A stretch of 61,998 bases of DNA, the filler included, from Sanchytrium tribonematis (Eukaryota): the NCBI GenBank assembly GCA_018985235.1. It is 11 parts of 11 records of this genome, joined end to end, with 100 filler letters (N's around TTAATTAATTAA, not from the genome) between each part and the next. Parts side by side here need not be neighbours in the genome. Positions count along the whole stretch, not along the records: positions 30,988 to 34,802 come from JADGIG010000800.1; positions 34,903 to 38,710 come from JADGIG010000801.1; positions 38,811 to 42,609 come from JADGIG010000802.1; 8 more parts are not named here. One strand, given 5' to 3'. Positions 30,988-41,828 of the stretch are shown in pieces. The translations under genes and the position numbers were made by a program. A model generated the notes under the pieces. That model ran no database searches and was not told the origin of the DNA. It saw only the letters and a program-made list of their open reading frames with translations. The number at the start of each line of letters is the position of its first letter. Position 1 is the stretch's first letter.

Positions 30988-32872
30988 AAGAACATTGGGG
31001 AATCGGGATTCGGCCAAGGAAATTCCTGATTAGCTTGTCTAGCAAACTTTGAAACACCGTTCTGGAGATTGCCCTCGTAAAACATATTGGACGGAAACTC
31101 AGACAAGCAAGGATGCATTCTGTATTGAATTTGAAGCATAAGGGGCTTGAACCCATTTTTAACAAGTCTTTCGAATAAACTTTGAGTAAGACCTAATTTA
31201 GTATAATATACCAGCTTTAGCTACAGCTTTCGACATTATGACAGGAGGTAATTGCTCATGATCACCAATTAATACAGCACGCTTGCACCCCTTAACCAGA
31301 GGAATAAGGCACTCCGGCTCTGTGGCTTGCGTGGCCTCGTCTATAACTACGGTCTCAAATTGCATCTTATTAAGCCGCAAATCACCAGCACCAACACAAG
31401 TACAGCAAATAACATCAGCTTGTTCTAAAATAGCCTTTTCCACATCTCTTCGTAACTGTCGCATTCTGTGATCTTCTGAGCCTGTCAATTCTTCGTTAAG
31501 TTTTTTCTCCACAAGAGATTTGTATTCTGGTGATATAGAAGCCTTATCAGCTATGCTATGAACTGAGAGAAATTCAACACTGCTCTCAACATGCTCGCGA
31601 GACCTCGCGGTTAAGCGGACAACATTTAATTTTGCTTGATTCAATTTCTCACACAGTTGGTCAACTGCAACGTTGCTAGGTGAGCAGACTAAAACTTTTT
31701 TCTTTGTGGCTTTCTGCAAGTGATACACAACTGTGGCGCTTGTAACAGTCTTCGTCATAAAAAAATACCTTTCCAGTTCCTGGAGGACCTTGAACTAACG
31801 AAAAATTTGACTCTAATACTTTTTGTGCCACTTCAATCTGGATCGGGTTTAGCTTTGGGAGACCTTCTACTTGTAATTTTCTAGGCACTTGTAACTCACT
31901 ACTTCTTGAATTCAGATATTTTCCTAAAATAACGTTGTACAAATGGCTCGAGATTGCATTTCTGAAAGACACGAAGTCTCTCAAAGCATACTGCATTCGA
32001 TCGAAGCTTGTAGATTTCCACACAAATTCGACTTTGTAACACTCAGTCAAAGTCACTTGGGGATTGCCGTGTTGGTAGTTTGGGTTTCTTTCTTTTTTTG
32101 GCATGGATTTGAATTCTGCAACAATATAATTGTTAGTGTTGTGAGGCAATTCAATGACTGTAAAATATCCCTCCCAAATTTTAGATAATTCTCCATGATA
32201 TGTAATTTTTAGGTCATCGCCTAAATTTAATTTCAGCTCATCAAATTTTGAAAGCTGAAACTCGGCTAAATGTGGTGATCTCCAATTTATGGAAATATTA
32301 TCTTGTGAGGACATTTCCTTTAAGATTTTATCGTAGTCTGCCTCAGCCTGAATAAGCGGAGTCAGTATTTCTTTGTATTCAGACCCACTTTCATACTTTG
32401 GAAGTATTGGTGGTAATTCCAATTCAGCTTCTTCTTGTATTGTAGCCCGATTCGGAAACAGTTCCAAATGCATTTTCTGCAAATCTTGCATGTTGACATC
32501 AGAAACTTTTGACTCGACCAGCCATTGCTGAATGATTTTGTCAACAATAAGAGATTGCCACATCTCTGTATTCCATTCAGAAGAAACTTTGTTTTCATTA
32601 TTACAATCTCGACAAACAATAATCATGGTTTCATTACTTTGCGCTGGGATACAGCCAAGAATAAATATATTGCGTGTTTTGCAAGTATAACAGTCTATAT
32701 CAAGTGGACCTAATGGGTGCGAAGTAGGTAATTCACATTCTGAATGTTTTGCCTTTATGCAGTGATAAACAAAGTGAGATATATTCTTGCTAGTATTATT
32801 ACAGAACCTCTTTGAACAGATTTTGCATTGCAATGATGCTTCCTGCTCTACATTGCAATAAGCGCAATTCAT
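30988..32872 (-). CDS. UPF1: UPF1/NAM7 nonsense-mediated decay helicase, 3'-truncated, at least 3 exons
   Basis: Cys/His-rich CH domain, QGPPGTGK|T Walker [30 protein letters not shown]; introns 31750-31768 and 31193-31211. Confidence 0.95.
31193..31211 (-). other. 19-nt spliceosomal intron (UPF1)
   Basis: GTATATTATACTAAATTAG; restores [12 protein letters not shown]. Confidence 0.93.
31750..31768 (-). other. 19-nt spliceosomal intron (UPF1 Walker A)
   Basis: GTATTTTTTTATGACGAAG; restores GPPGTGK|TVTSAT. Confidence 0.95.
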
Positions 32873-32996
32873 TGATAGTAAAGTTTCAAAGACGTAAGCG
32901 GAGAATACTTTCAATGCCGTTAAACACGCATAAATCGATGTTTTGCGCGAGTCGTTTTCACAGAGCAAGAAATAATTTATTTAAGGGTTGAAAATA

Positions 32997-34194
32997 TCAT
33001 TCGTCTTCATCAATATTGTCAGGATCATCATCTCCATTTCCTGGAGCGGTTGCCATTTCGATGGATGGTGCAAACGGAATGTGCCTCAGATGCTCAATAA
33101 CCTTCACTCTACATTAAAAATAAAAACTTTATATTTTCCAGGTATTCCGGGCTGTTCATGTCTGTCATATTGGTCGCTGGAACCTGCAGTACATAATCCG
33201 GACCAAAATAGTCGAAAAAGCTATTAAATGGCAAGTTTCTATCGACTTGGATACCACAAGCAACCGATGTTTCGTAGGCCCATGCACGACTTACATTTCT
33301 AACGGTGTACCCACCACCACCTAAAAGCATGATTGGAACATTAAACTTCTTTACAAATTTCAAGCAATTGGAATGCCCAATATGAGATAAATTAAAACAT
33401 CCAAGCTTATCTCCAGCTAAAGAGTCTGCACCACTTTGTAAAACTATAGCAGTCGGCCTATACCAATCCATAATGTGCTGAACTACAGGCTCAAAGATAG
33501 ATTGATAGCTTTCGTCGTTAATTCCTTCTTTAAGTGGTACGTTGACTGCATAGTATTTCCCTTTCTGTAACCCAATGTCCATTAAGTCACCAGTTCCTGG
33601 GAAAAAATTCCCATATTTATGGAATGAGAGAGTCATAACTCTGTCTGTGGTATAAAACGCCTCTTCAACCCCATCCCCATGATGTACATCCACGTCTATG
33701 TAAAGAACACGCTCATGATATCGTAAAAGCTCTAATATTCCTAATACAATGTCGTTTACATAGCAAAATCCACTAGCTTCATAAGCTTTACTATGATGTA
33801 GACCCCCACTCCAATTGATAGCTATATCGTAATTGTTCATTAATGCATTTGCAGCATCAATACTTGCGCCTGCGCTTATTTGGCAAAATTCGAACAAGCC
33901 CTCAAATGTTGGACAGTCATCTGCTAAATTGTATTTTGAGGCTTCACGTTCAAGGTTCATTCTAGTAGACGGCGAAACCTTTTTTAAAAAATTTATATAT
34001 TCGTCGGTGTGAAATCTTGTAAGTTGTGAAATGGAAGCTCTTTGAGGCGTTTTCATATCCATGTGATCAAGAAGATCATAATTTACAATAAGTTCGTGAG
34101 CTAGCTTAATTCTGAAAGGTCTCATTGGATGAGTGCCATAGTGGTATATTCCAACCATTGGATCGTACAAGTATGCTACCCTGGAATTCGTCAT
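32997..34194 (-). CDS. Class I histone deacetylase (Rpd3/Clr6-like), 2 exons
   Basis: HPMRP, NWSGGLHH, GFCYVND, DVHHGDG, GGGGY; 19-nt intron 33109-33127 adds KVKVIEHLRHIPFAPSIEM...DEDE*. Confidence 0.93.
33109..33127 (-). other. 19-nt spliceosomal intron (HDAC), GTTTTT donor
   Basis: GTTTTTATTTTTAATGTAG; restores the conserved LR...APS tail. Confidence 0.88.
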
Positions 34195-34347
34195 TTCTCA
34201 AAACAAGGAGAAAAGCAAAAGCTTGGATGTTAAAAAAAGTGAAAGTTGTATTCAGGAACATTGAACAATGATATTGAAATTTTGGGAGTTCTAGAAATTA
34301 TTTTATCGTGTTTCGTCGGCAAAAACTTGCTATCCCTTGTTTTAAAT

Positions 34348-34802
34348 ATGGCTTCAATAAAAAATCCAAGCACTTCTATACACTTTTTCAATGACGCATT
34401 GAATGTGATTAAGCTTAACGGTGCCACTATAATGAAGCTTTTGGAACAGGAGGACTATTCTAAATCCTTAGCACTCAAATTGTTACAAACAGCCAGTGAG
34501 TTATTTCAAGTTCTTACCAATTCATACCCACCAAAGCCCTATTATACCTTATTTAGTGAGATACAACTCTATATTCAGCCGTTGCAAATGTATTTAGTTG
34601 ATTATCAAAAATATCAACACGATTTAGAAGACATATATGAACTAGTGCAGTATGTGCCGTTGGCTTTACCTCGTTTGTATCTAATGGTCACCGTCGCCAG
34701 TTCTATTTCTATCCACAATCATAAATACCCTTCTAAAATTGCAATATCTGACAAAATAATCATCGAGGAAGTAATGGCAATGTCAAAAGCAATTCAGCAT
34801 TC
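34348..34802 (+). CDS. VPS35: Retromer subunit Vps35, N-terminal fragment
   Basis: DIYELVQY, PRLYLMVTV, AIQH; cut by linker. Confidence 0.85.
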
Positions 34803-34902
34803 NNNNNNNNNNNNNNNNNNNNNNNNNNNNNNNNNNNNNNNNNNNNTTAATTAATTAANNNNNNNNNNNNNNNNNNNNNNNNNNNNNNNNNNNNNNNNNN
34901 NN

Positions 34903-35400
34903 TTCAAGTCTTCTGGGAGTCCTAATCATCTCTAGGTCGGCCACATAATCTTCAGCTGCAAACAATAAGTCGGAAACCCCGAAATCATCTGCATTTTTTG
35001 CGATATGCTCAATATTGAGTAAACCTTTAGCACTTTCAATACACGCAATAATTTTAAACCCGAATGGCGAGCTCTCTCTTAATAAGCGAATGTCATCTAA
35101 GTTTTCCACTTTTGGTAGAATTACATAAGCTAAAGAATTATTAAAAATCGACACATCAGAGCGAAATTCTTCAGTTCTTACAGAATTAGTACGCAATCCT
35201 ATTTGATAGGAAGAAATCTCGGTCGTGAGCTGGAGTTTTTCTTTGATATTGATTCTTGCTTGATCTTTCATATGTGTTGGGACAGAGTCTTCCAAATCAA
35301 GACATAATAAATCTGGTTTACAGGGCTTATATAGTTTTTTCTTATCTATTCCCGGGACATATAATAGAGATTTTATCCTAAATCTTGTCATAGTCAACAT
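34903..35400 (-). CDS. Citrate lyase beta-like (CitE/CLYBL/HpcH) protein, 3'-truncated
   Basis: LLYVPG, LDLEDSV, LPKVE, IESAKGL, FAAEDY. Confidence 0.87.
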
Positions 35401-35470
35401 TATTGGTTTTTGCTAAAAATACTGTTTGAAAAACAATATTTGAAAAATATTTGTAGCATTGCGTAATTTA

Positions 35471-36250
35471 TTACATAGCTTTCTTGCGCTCATCTAAAGA
35501 TACTTCACCAGGACCAACATAGACTAACAAAATCAATCCACCCAAGATCGAAAAAGTTTGAAAGAAATCGTATTTCATAAAATCTCTGTGAGGATGTTGA
35601 TGGTGAAGGGACCACCAGTTATTCGTAAACATGTTGAATAAAGTCATCAAGACTACAAGGCCAATTGTTGAAGCATTGGATTGATAACCTAATAAAATTC
35701 CAGCGCAGCAAATCAAACCAGCTACGCTGATAATCGCTCTAAGAAAATCCATTTCTCCCCCAAAAAGAATGCTCAAAAACAAACAAACAATCAATAATCG
35801 CGAAGTTAATTGCAAATAAGCTTGAGTTTTGTTAAAATCAAATAAAGAAAATTGATCATACTTCTTTTTGTTTGCGTAGACATAGAGCAACAAAAGTCCA
35901 CCGAGTACTGCAAAAGACCTAGATATAAATATGATATCAGTCAACATTCCGTAAACGAAAATTTGATTAATAACCACAAAAGCAAGACCAGAACATGCAT
36001 AGATAGTGTATTTGTTGGCTATTACTAAAATTGAACCAACCCACATCACCAACACATTCACAACGAGGATAATCCAAGCCAGTCCATAATTGAATCCTCT
36101 ATGATTTTGGAGGTACCAGGTTTGGTCATCAAATTGGGTTTGCACTCTAATAGCGTCTTCAATAAATGTAAAGACTAAAAACAATCTTGAAAATAAAGGC
36201 ATATACGGTCTTAATGATGCTATCATATTACTTGAAGCTTGCTTACTCAT
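35471..36250 (-). CDS. ERV29: SURF4/Erv29 ER cargo receptor
   Basis: TFIEDAIR, RDFMKYDFFQT, GPGEVSLDERKK with C-terminal KKxx. Confidence 0.93.
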   Translation of the reverse strand: MSKQASSNMIASLRPYMPLFSRLFLVFTFIEDAIRVQTQFDDQTWYLQNHRGFNYGLAWIILVVNVLVMWVGSILVIANKYTIYACSGLAFVVINQIFVYGMLTDIIFISRSFAVLGGLLLLYVYANKKKYDQFSLFDFNKTQAYLQLTSRLLIVCLFLSILFGGEMDFLRAIISVAGLICCAGILLGYQSNASTIGLVVLMTLFNMFTNNWWSLHHQHPHRDFMKYDFFQTFSILGGLILLVYVGPGEVSLDERKKAM

Positions 36251-36319
36251 TTATGTCGGAGTCAAGTTTTAAAAAATATTAAATTGATTTATTTGAAACG
36301 AATAATCTAAATATTTAAT

Positions 36320-37780
36320 TTAAGTGCTAGAAACATATACAACCATTTTTTCGCGATTTCTTCTAACCGATTCTCTGAGGGAAACATCATCATGTATTAT
36401 TTTACCGTCATTAACGATTGTAATGCTGACTTCTCTACCTTGATACAGTTTTTCTAATATTTTTTTGACCAGCGACTTAAATGTAAGCGACTCTGGATTA
36501 CAGCGTATTGCTATAACATCATCGCCTTTGATTATTTTAATTTTTAATGACATTGCATTTCTAGTTCCAGTAGAGGTGGTTGTTGTAGCATCAAGATTCC
36601 TAAGATCAGAAGGATCTGGAATGGAAAGCTTTCCAGTTGAAGATTTGGTGTCGTCTCTATCATCGCTTTGAAAATTGTGAATAATTTGGTCTTTGTTTTG
36701 ATGTTTAGGTATTATGCCACCACTTTTATCATTCGGCCGAAGTCGAAAAAATGCTCGGACTTGTGGAGAAAAGGAAATTTCGAGTGGTAATTGCAAGAGT
36801 TCTTTCATGTAAATATCGAGGTCGCCTACCCTTCTTTCAGTCACTTCTTTTGTTACAGTTTCGACTGGTCCTGCTAAAAATGGAATAATTCGTTTCTTGT
36901 TGTTTCGTCCAGCAGCTTCTGGAAATCCTTGCAATAAATTCAAATGCAAGTTAAAAAAATCTTCATATTCCCGCAAAAGTGTGTACTCTCCAGTTTCCCG
37001 CGTACAATGAACTATAAATTCGTATTGTGAAAGTGAATTTAAAATATAAGTCGGGACTTTCGCTTCTAATATATAGCCAAGCTTCTCTTTTTCATCGTCA
37101 TCATCAACTTCGTCTACCTTTTCCAATTCTTCATCTCGGGCATCGCGCCTTGGAGCCTTGTCATGATCTTCAGGCATGCTCAAATATTTGTCCCCAGTCT
37201 GCTTCTCAACATTATTAATTGCAGATATTACTGGAGCAGACTGGATCTTTCGCTTTCCTAATGGTATCGCTTTTTCTTGAAATTTTTTATTCTGCAATTT
37301 CCATTCATCGATGCTTGGAAGTGTGACTTCGTGGGTTTCCAAAATCCGACCAGTTTTGGGATCTCGAACCTCTACGTAGGTGACGGGAACCAATCCAGTT
37401 GCGATTCTATTCATTGCTTTTGCGAGGTACCATTCTTCATTGACTTTACTAATAAGCATAATCTGCTCGTTTTCTAATAAAGCTAATTCATCCGGCGTTT
37501 CCGCAGCAAAATCAAAAAGACTGATGGCAAATAGTGGCGTCAATCTTTGAACAACCTGTTTAGTAAAGTAACTTTTCTCAACCAAACCCATGGCTTTTGT
37601 TGTTGGATCATAGACTTGATAAAATGAATTTTGTGAATCGTCCACTACCATTAATTGGTCACCTTCTTTAAAAGAAATTTCATGCCTATTATTTGCAGTA
37701 TAACTTTTTAGAGCTGTAACGGGGTATTTTACTTTAGGTGAAGCATTTTGATGCTTTTTGAATTTCTCAAGAATTCCCAT
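36320..37780 (-). CDS. BEM1: Polarity scaffold Bem1/Scd2 (SH3-SH3-PX-PB1)
   Basis: Two SH3 domains, LPSIDEWK, PX (REYEDFFNLH, FPEAAG, RIIP), PB1 (LKIKIIKGDDVIAIR). Confidence 0.9.
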   Translation of the reverse strand: MGILEKFKKHQNASPKVKYPVTALKSYTANNRHEISFKEGDQLMVVDDSQNSFYQVYDPTTKAMGLVEKSYFTKQVVQRLTPLFAISLFDFAAETPDELALLENEQIMLISKVNEEWYLAKAMNRIATGLVPVTYVEVRDPKTGRILETHEVTLPSIDEWKLQNKKFQEKAIPLGKRKIQSAPVISAINNVEKQTGDKYLSMPEDHDKAPRRDARDEELEKVDEVDDDDEKEKLGYILEAKVPTYILNSLSQYEFIVHCTRETGEYTLLREYEDFFNLHLNLLQGFPEAAGRNNKKRIIPFLAGPVETVTKEVTERRVGDLDIYMKELLQLPLEISFSPQVRAFFRLRPNDKSGGIIPKHQNKDQIIHNFQSDDRDDTKSSTGKLSIPDPSDLRNLDATTTTSTGTRNAMSLKIKIIKGDDVIAIRCNPESLTFKSLVKKILEKLYQGREVSITIVNDGKIIHDDVSLRESVRRNREKMVVYVSST

Positions 37781-37937
37781 TATTTTATGTTTTACTTTAT
37801 GTACGTCGCCTAAAAAATCAAAATTGGTTTGAATTGAATCAAATTGGATGAGATTAAATAGAGTTTGCTTAAATTTCTTCCAGGCAAAGTTTTCGAATGT
37901 AAAAAATTAAAATACCTTAACGATGTAATAGACTTTA

Positions 37938-38517
37938 TTAATTTCTTTCTTCACACCATTCATTTTCTCTCCTTACCTGCTCTTCTTCCTCGGGAGTAAA
38001 ATCATTTTCAATGTTGAAAGTCTTTCTAATCTCTTCGGGAGATTTTCCTCTTATCATATTAGCAACAGTTTTGCAAGTAACATCCAGTAAGGGTTTAATA
38101 TCCAAATAATTTGCAGCGAGAATAAGTTCGAACAATGTTCCTTGGTCCATTTTGCAAAAATCAGCATCCCTAAATAAAAAATTATTACCATTCATCGATA
38201 TCATAAGAATTTTTGCTTCTGTACGGAGACGCCTCGTCCTCTGGAGGTAGAGGAGGATCGTGTCGGTGATGGGTACAATAATCGATAACTTTTTGTAGAA
38301 TTGGTTGAGAAACGTTTGGCAGAGGGATTGTGCTAGCTTCTTCGCCAATGTCTTCTAGCATATTTTTAATTAATTGCGACTTCTCTGCTATGTCTCTGTC
38401 TACTAAAAGTGGCTCTCCATCGCCCATCGGTTTAAGTGTCAATTTAGAAGGTTTAGGGGATGTTGCGCTCATGTTGCAAGGAGTAATCGACCCTCCATCC
38501 AACCATTCTACACTCAT
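37938..38517 (-). CDS. SKP1: Skp1, 2 exons
   Basis: [35 protein letters not shown]; 19-nt intron 38170-38188; start at 38517 or 38472. Confidence 0.96.
38170..38188 (-). other. 19-nt spliceosomal intron (SKP1)
   Basis: GTAATAATTTTTTATTTAG; restores DE-W-DADF. Confidence 0.95.
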
Positions 38518-38810
38518 ACTTTTTGTAGTCAGTATATTACAATCTCAATAAAGTAAAATACAGCTGGGCACTAGATGGATTGCTTTATTGATTTTGATTG
38601 AAAGTTGCTTGTAGCCAATCAACTACTAAGATTATCATCAAGAATTTGTACAAAAAGTACGTTGTGTACCGAAGCTGGATATGGACGATATCAATCCAAT
38701 TAATTTCGCTNNNNNNNNNNNNNNNNNNNNNNNNNNNNNNNNNNNNNNNNNNNNTTAATTAATTAANNNNNNNNNNNNNNNNNNNNNNNNNNNNNNNNNN
38801 NNNNNNNNNN

Positions 38811-39630
38811 CACTTGGTGGATACTCTTGTCCTGGAGAGGATGGTTGATATTCTGGAACACTTGGTGGATACTCCTGTCCTGGAGATGATGGTGAATACT
38901 CAGGTACATTTTGGTACTCTGGCTCAGGTGAAGGCGGATATTCTCTAGCAGGTGCACGATAAGAGTACCCAGGTCGGGTTTCCGGCTGAGTCTCTGGCAA
39001 TGGTTCTGACTCTGGTTGAGTTTCTGGCTCAGGTGCAGGACTTTCCTCACAAGGACTCTCCTCAGGTTTTGGAGCAGGGCTTTCTTCGCATGGGCTTTCC
39101 TCCGGCTTAGGCTCTGGTTCTTGTTTGGTGGGTTCTGGTACCGGTTTCTCAGGTTCTGGTTGATGTTCAGGTTCTGGTTGATGTTCAGGTTCTGGTTGAG
39201 GTTTCTCAGGCTCAGGCTCATGATGCTCGGGTTCTGGTGTTGGCTTCTCAGGTTCCGGTTCATGATGCTCAGGTTCTGGTTGTGGTTTTTCAGGTTCTGG
39301 TTCATGATGTTCCGGTTCAGGTTGTGGCTTTTCGGGTTCCGGTTCATGATGCTCAGGTTCTGGTTGGGGCTTTTCGGGAGTAGGAGTATACACAGGTTGA
39401 TAAGACGGCTTTTCTGGCTTTGGTTCATACACAGGTTCAACTGAAGGAGCAGGTTCTGACTCGTATTCAGGTTGAGGTGCAGGGCGATAGTAGTAGCCTC
39501 TGCGAGCAGGTTTCGAACGATGGCGATGTCGGACCTGGGGAGGTCTATATCCATATCCTCTTGTAGGCTGCGTTTCGTCAACAGGCGAGCCATATTGTTT
39601 GGCAATAATTAATAACAAAAGCGCGAGCAT
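38811..39630 (-). CDS. Secreted Pro/Glu/His-rich repeat protein, 3'-truncated
   Basis: Short signal peptide; [14 protein letters not shown] x4, [11 protein letters not shown] x2, [15 protein letters not shown] x2 or more. Confidence 0.8.
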
Positions 39631-39767
39631 GTCTGGAGGGGTCGTTGTCGATTCAAATACCCACTTTGACGCAAAAGGGATAGCCGAAACATTTTCTTAT
39701 TGGAAGTTAAGTTGTACAAGGAGAAGTCGTGTTCAAATGTACACATTTGTAACTGATCACAACTAAT

Positions 39768-40919
39768 TTATTGATTCTCAGACAATGTCGTTGGTTCGGC
39801 GTCATTAACAGGAATTTCTTTGCATAATTCAGATTGATTTTTTTGGCCAAAAGTAATGTTCAAGTCGAACTGCGGGGTTATGACAACATTATCTTGGGTC
39901 AGCTGACTTGCATTCAATGACTTCTGCTTCGCGAGCAACTTGTTTTTCAATCCTGATTCGATGCTGTCAATATTATACCTAATGTTTCGGAAGGGCTCAT
40001 CTGTTGATCCCACAACATAGTAATGGCCATCTACGAGTTCGCTCAATTCTTTCACTTTAAAAATGTGTTTTGGCAAAAATGCAACTCCTTTTGCAGTGTT
40101 CATCTTCTCAGAAGAGCTCATTGCCGGTAGGAAGCCATATAAAATATTCGCCTTAGAAACCTTATCCCTTAATTGACCCCCAATCACCTCAAGAAATTTT
40201 TCTAAAGATTTGAATTTTTGATGCGTTACTGTAATTCTAATACCAACATGGAATGAGTCTCCATTGGGAAAAACTGTTACTATTTTTTTAGATTGATCAA
40301 CTGCTTGCTCTATCAACTGCGGAAATTTATATTGGGAATCGACAAAGTGCCTCGTGCAACCAATAATAAATATGTTATCATGAAGCTGTCCCATTTCTAA
40401 TATCTTTGCCTTCAAAGCATAATCTATCAATAGGCTTATTGGTTCTATAGCACCGAGACTTTTCGTCAACAAATTGCATAATTGGGAAATATTTTTGCAA
40501 TTTCGATAATTGAGTATAATCTTCTTGGCGACATCAACACTTTCATTCAATACAGCATAGACAGTCAAACTTTTCGAGTCTTGTTCAAAGAAAGGAATTT
40601 CTTTTTCTCTTTTGACAATTACCCTATCAGTCTTTATCTCAGGCTTCCACAAGTAATCCATCGATATAAAAGGCTCACCACCACTGCAAACATAACTGAA
40701 TTCATTTTCAAATTCTGAAAGCCTGTTCACCAGGTTTCCTTCTAGTGTGAAAATTTTTCGAACTGCACCACTCTGTAAATTGAGATGGGTGGATATATAC
40801 ATCAAAAATTGCTCCCAGTTCTTAAAGTTTTTGTGGGTTATAATCACTTGATAGCCTTTGAAATGCTTGTCACCATTTTTATACAGACTAATTCTGACAG
40901 GTTGATAGTCTAATTGCAT
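39768..40919 (-). CDS. Doublecortin (DCX) domain protein, up to three DCX-like units
   Basis: LYKNGDKHFKG, VRKIFTLEG, YVCSGGEPF; VFPNGDSFHVG...YYVV..EPF. Confidence 0.82.
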   Translation of the reverse strand: MQLDYQPVRISLYKNGDKHFKGYQVIITHKNFKNWEQFLMYISTHLNLQSGAVRKIFTLEGNLVNRLSEFENEFSYVCSGGEPFISMDYLWKPEIKTDRVIVKREKEIPFFEQDSKSLTVYAVLNESVDVAKKIILNYRNCKNISQLCNLLTKSLGAIEPISLLIDYALKAKILEMGQLHDNIFIIGCTRHFVDSQYKFPQLIEQAVDQSKKIVTVFPNGDSFHVGIRITVTHQKFKSLEKFLEVIGGQLRDKVSKANILYGFLPAMSSSEKMNTAKGVAFLPKHIFKVKELSELVDGHYYVVGSTDEPFRNIRYNIDSIESGLKNKLLAKQKSLNASQLTQDNVVITPQFDLNITFGQKNQSELCKEIPVNDAEPTTLSENQ

Positions 40920-41192
40920 TTTGTTTTAGGCCAAGCCTGATAAATTAGTCATATTTTGGAAATTAAAATTTAATAGTGAATTTGATGTGAATTGGTAATA
41001 TGGTGACTCAATACTAGTATATATTACAAATTTGTTACTAGCATAATATGTCCCTTGACGAATTTCAAAGTAGTAAAGTCCAATTCAAACCCAATCATGG
41101 CTTTGAAAGTATTACTCCGATGACCAATTTCTACATATTAATTATCTTTACAACTAATTGTCGGCTATAAATCATAATCTGAAACATCAAAA

Positions 41193-41814
41193 ATGTCTAA
41201 TGGAAATACTGTTACTCTTAAAGTAATCCTTTGTTTATTTAGGTCGGTATGCTTGGAGATTCTCAGATAGGAAAAACTTCCTTAATGGTAAAATATGTTG
41301 AAAATACCTTTGATGAAGATTATATTCAAACTTTGGGTGTTAACTTTATGGAAAAAACCATTACATTAAAAAACACAGACATCACGTTTTCTATTTGGGA
41401 TCTTGGTGGCCAAAAAGAATTTGTGAATATGCTTCCACTTGTATGTAATGACGCTGTTGCGATACTTTTCATGTTTGATTTAACTAGAAAATCAACACTG
41501 AACAGTGTTAAGGAGTGGTATCGCCAAGCTAGAGGCTTCAATAAGACTGCCACTCCTTTTTTAATTGGCACAAAATACGATCAATTTGTTGGACTCAGTA
41601 AAGAGGAACAAGAAGAGATTACCTCGCAAGTATTTAATTATTAACAAAGGCCAGAAAATTCGCTTCAGCTATGAAAAGTCCCTTAATTTTTTGCAGCACT
41701 AGCCATGCTATAAACATTCAGAAAATTTTTAAAATCATACTTTCAAAGGCTTTTGATTTAAAATGTACAATCCCATTAATTACAAATGCGGGTGAACCTA
41801 TACTGGAATATTAA
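41193..41814 (+). CDS. SPG1: Spg1/Tem1 septation/mitotic-exit GTPase, 3 exons
   Basis: GDSQIGKTSLMVKY, WDLGGQKEF, GTKYD, AFDLKCTIP...GEPILEY; 20-nt introns 41223-41242 and 41630-41649. Confidence 0.95.
41223..41242 (+). other. 20-nt spliceosomal intron (SPG1)
   Basis: GTAATCCTTTGTTTATTTAG; restores VTLK|VGMLGD. Confidence 0.92.
41630..41649 (+). other. 20-nt spliceosomal intron (SPG1)
   Basis: GTATTTAATTATTAACAAAG; restores ITSQ|ARKFASAMK. Confidence 0.93.
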
Positions 41815-41828
41815 CCCAATAAAATTTA

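Noticed and set aside
31198..32968. Overlapping ORF pairs in UPF1, CCT8, SKP1 and HMGR suggesting programmed frameshifting or pseudogenes
   Set aside because: Each is fully explained by a 19-nt GT-AG intron.
38763..39605. Long alternative-frame and antisense ORFs over the repeat proteins (also 50539-50913 and 51990-52617)
   Set aside because: Shadows of low-complexity coding repeats that lack stops in other frames.
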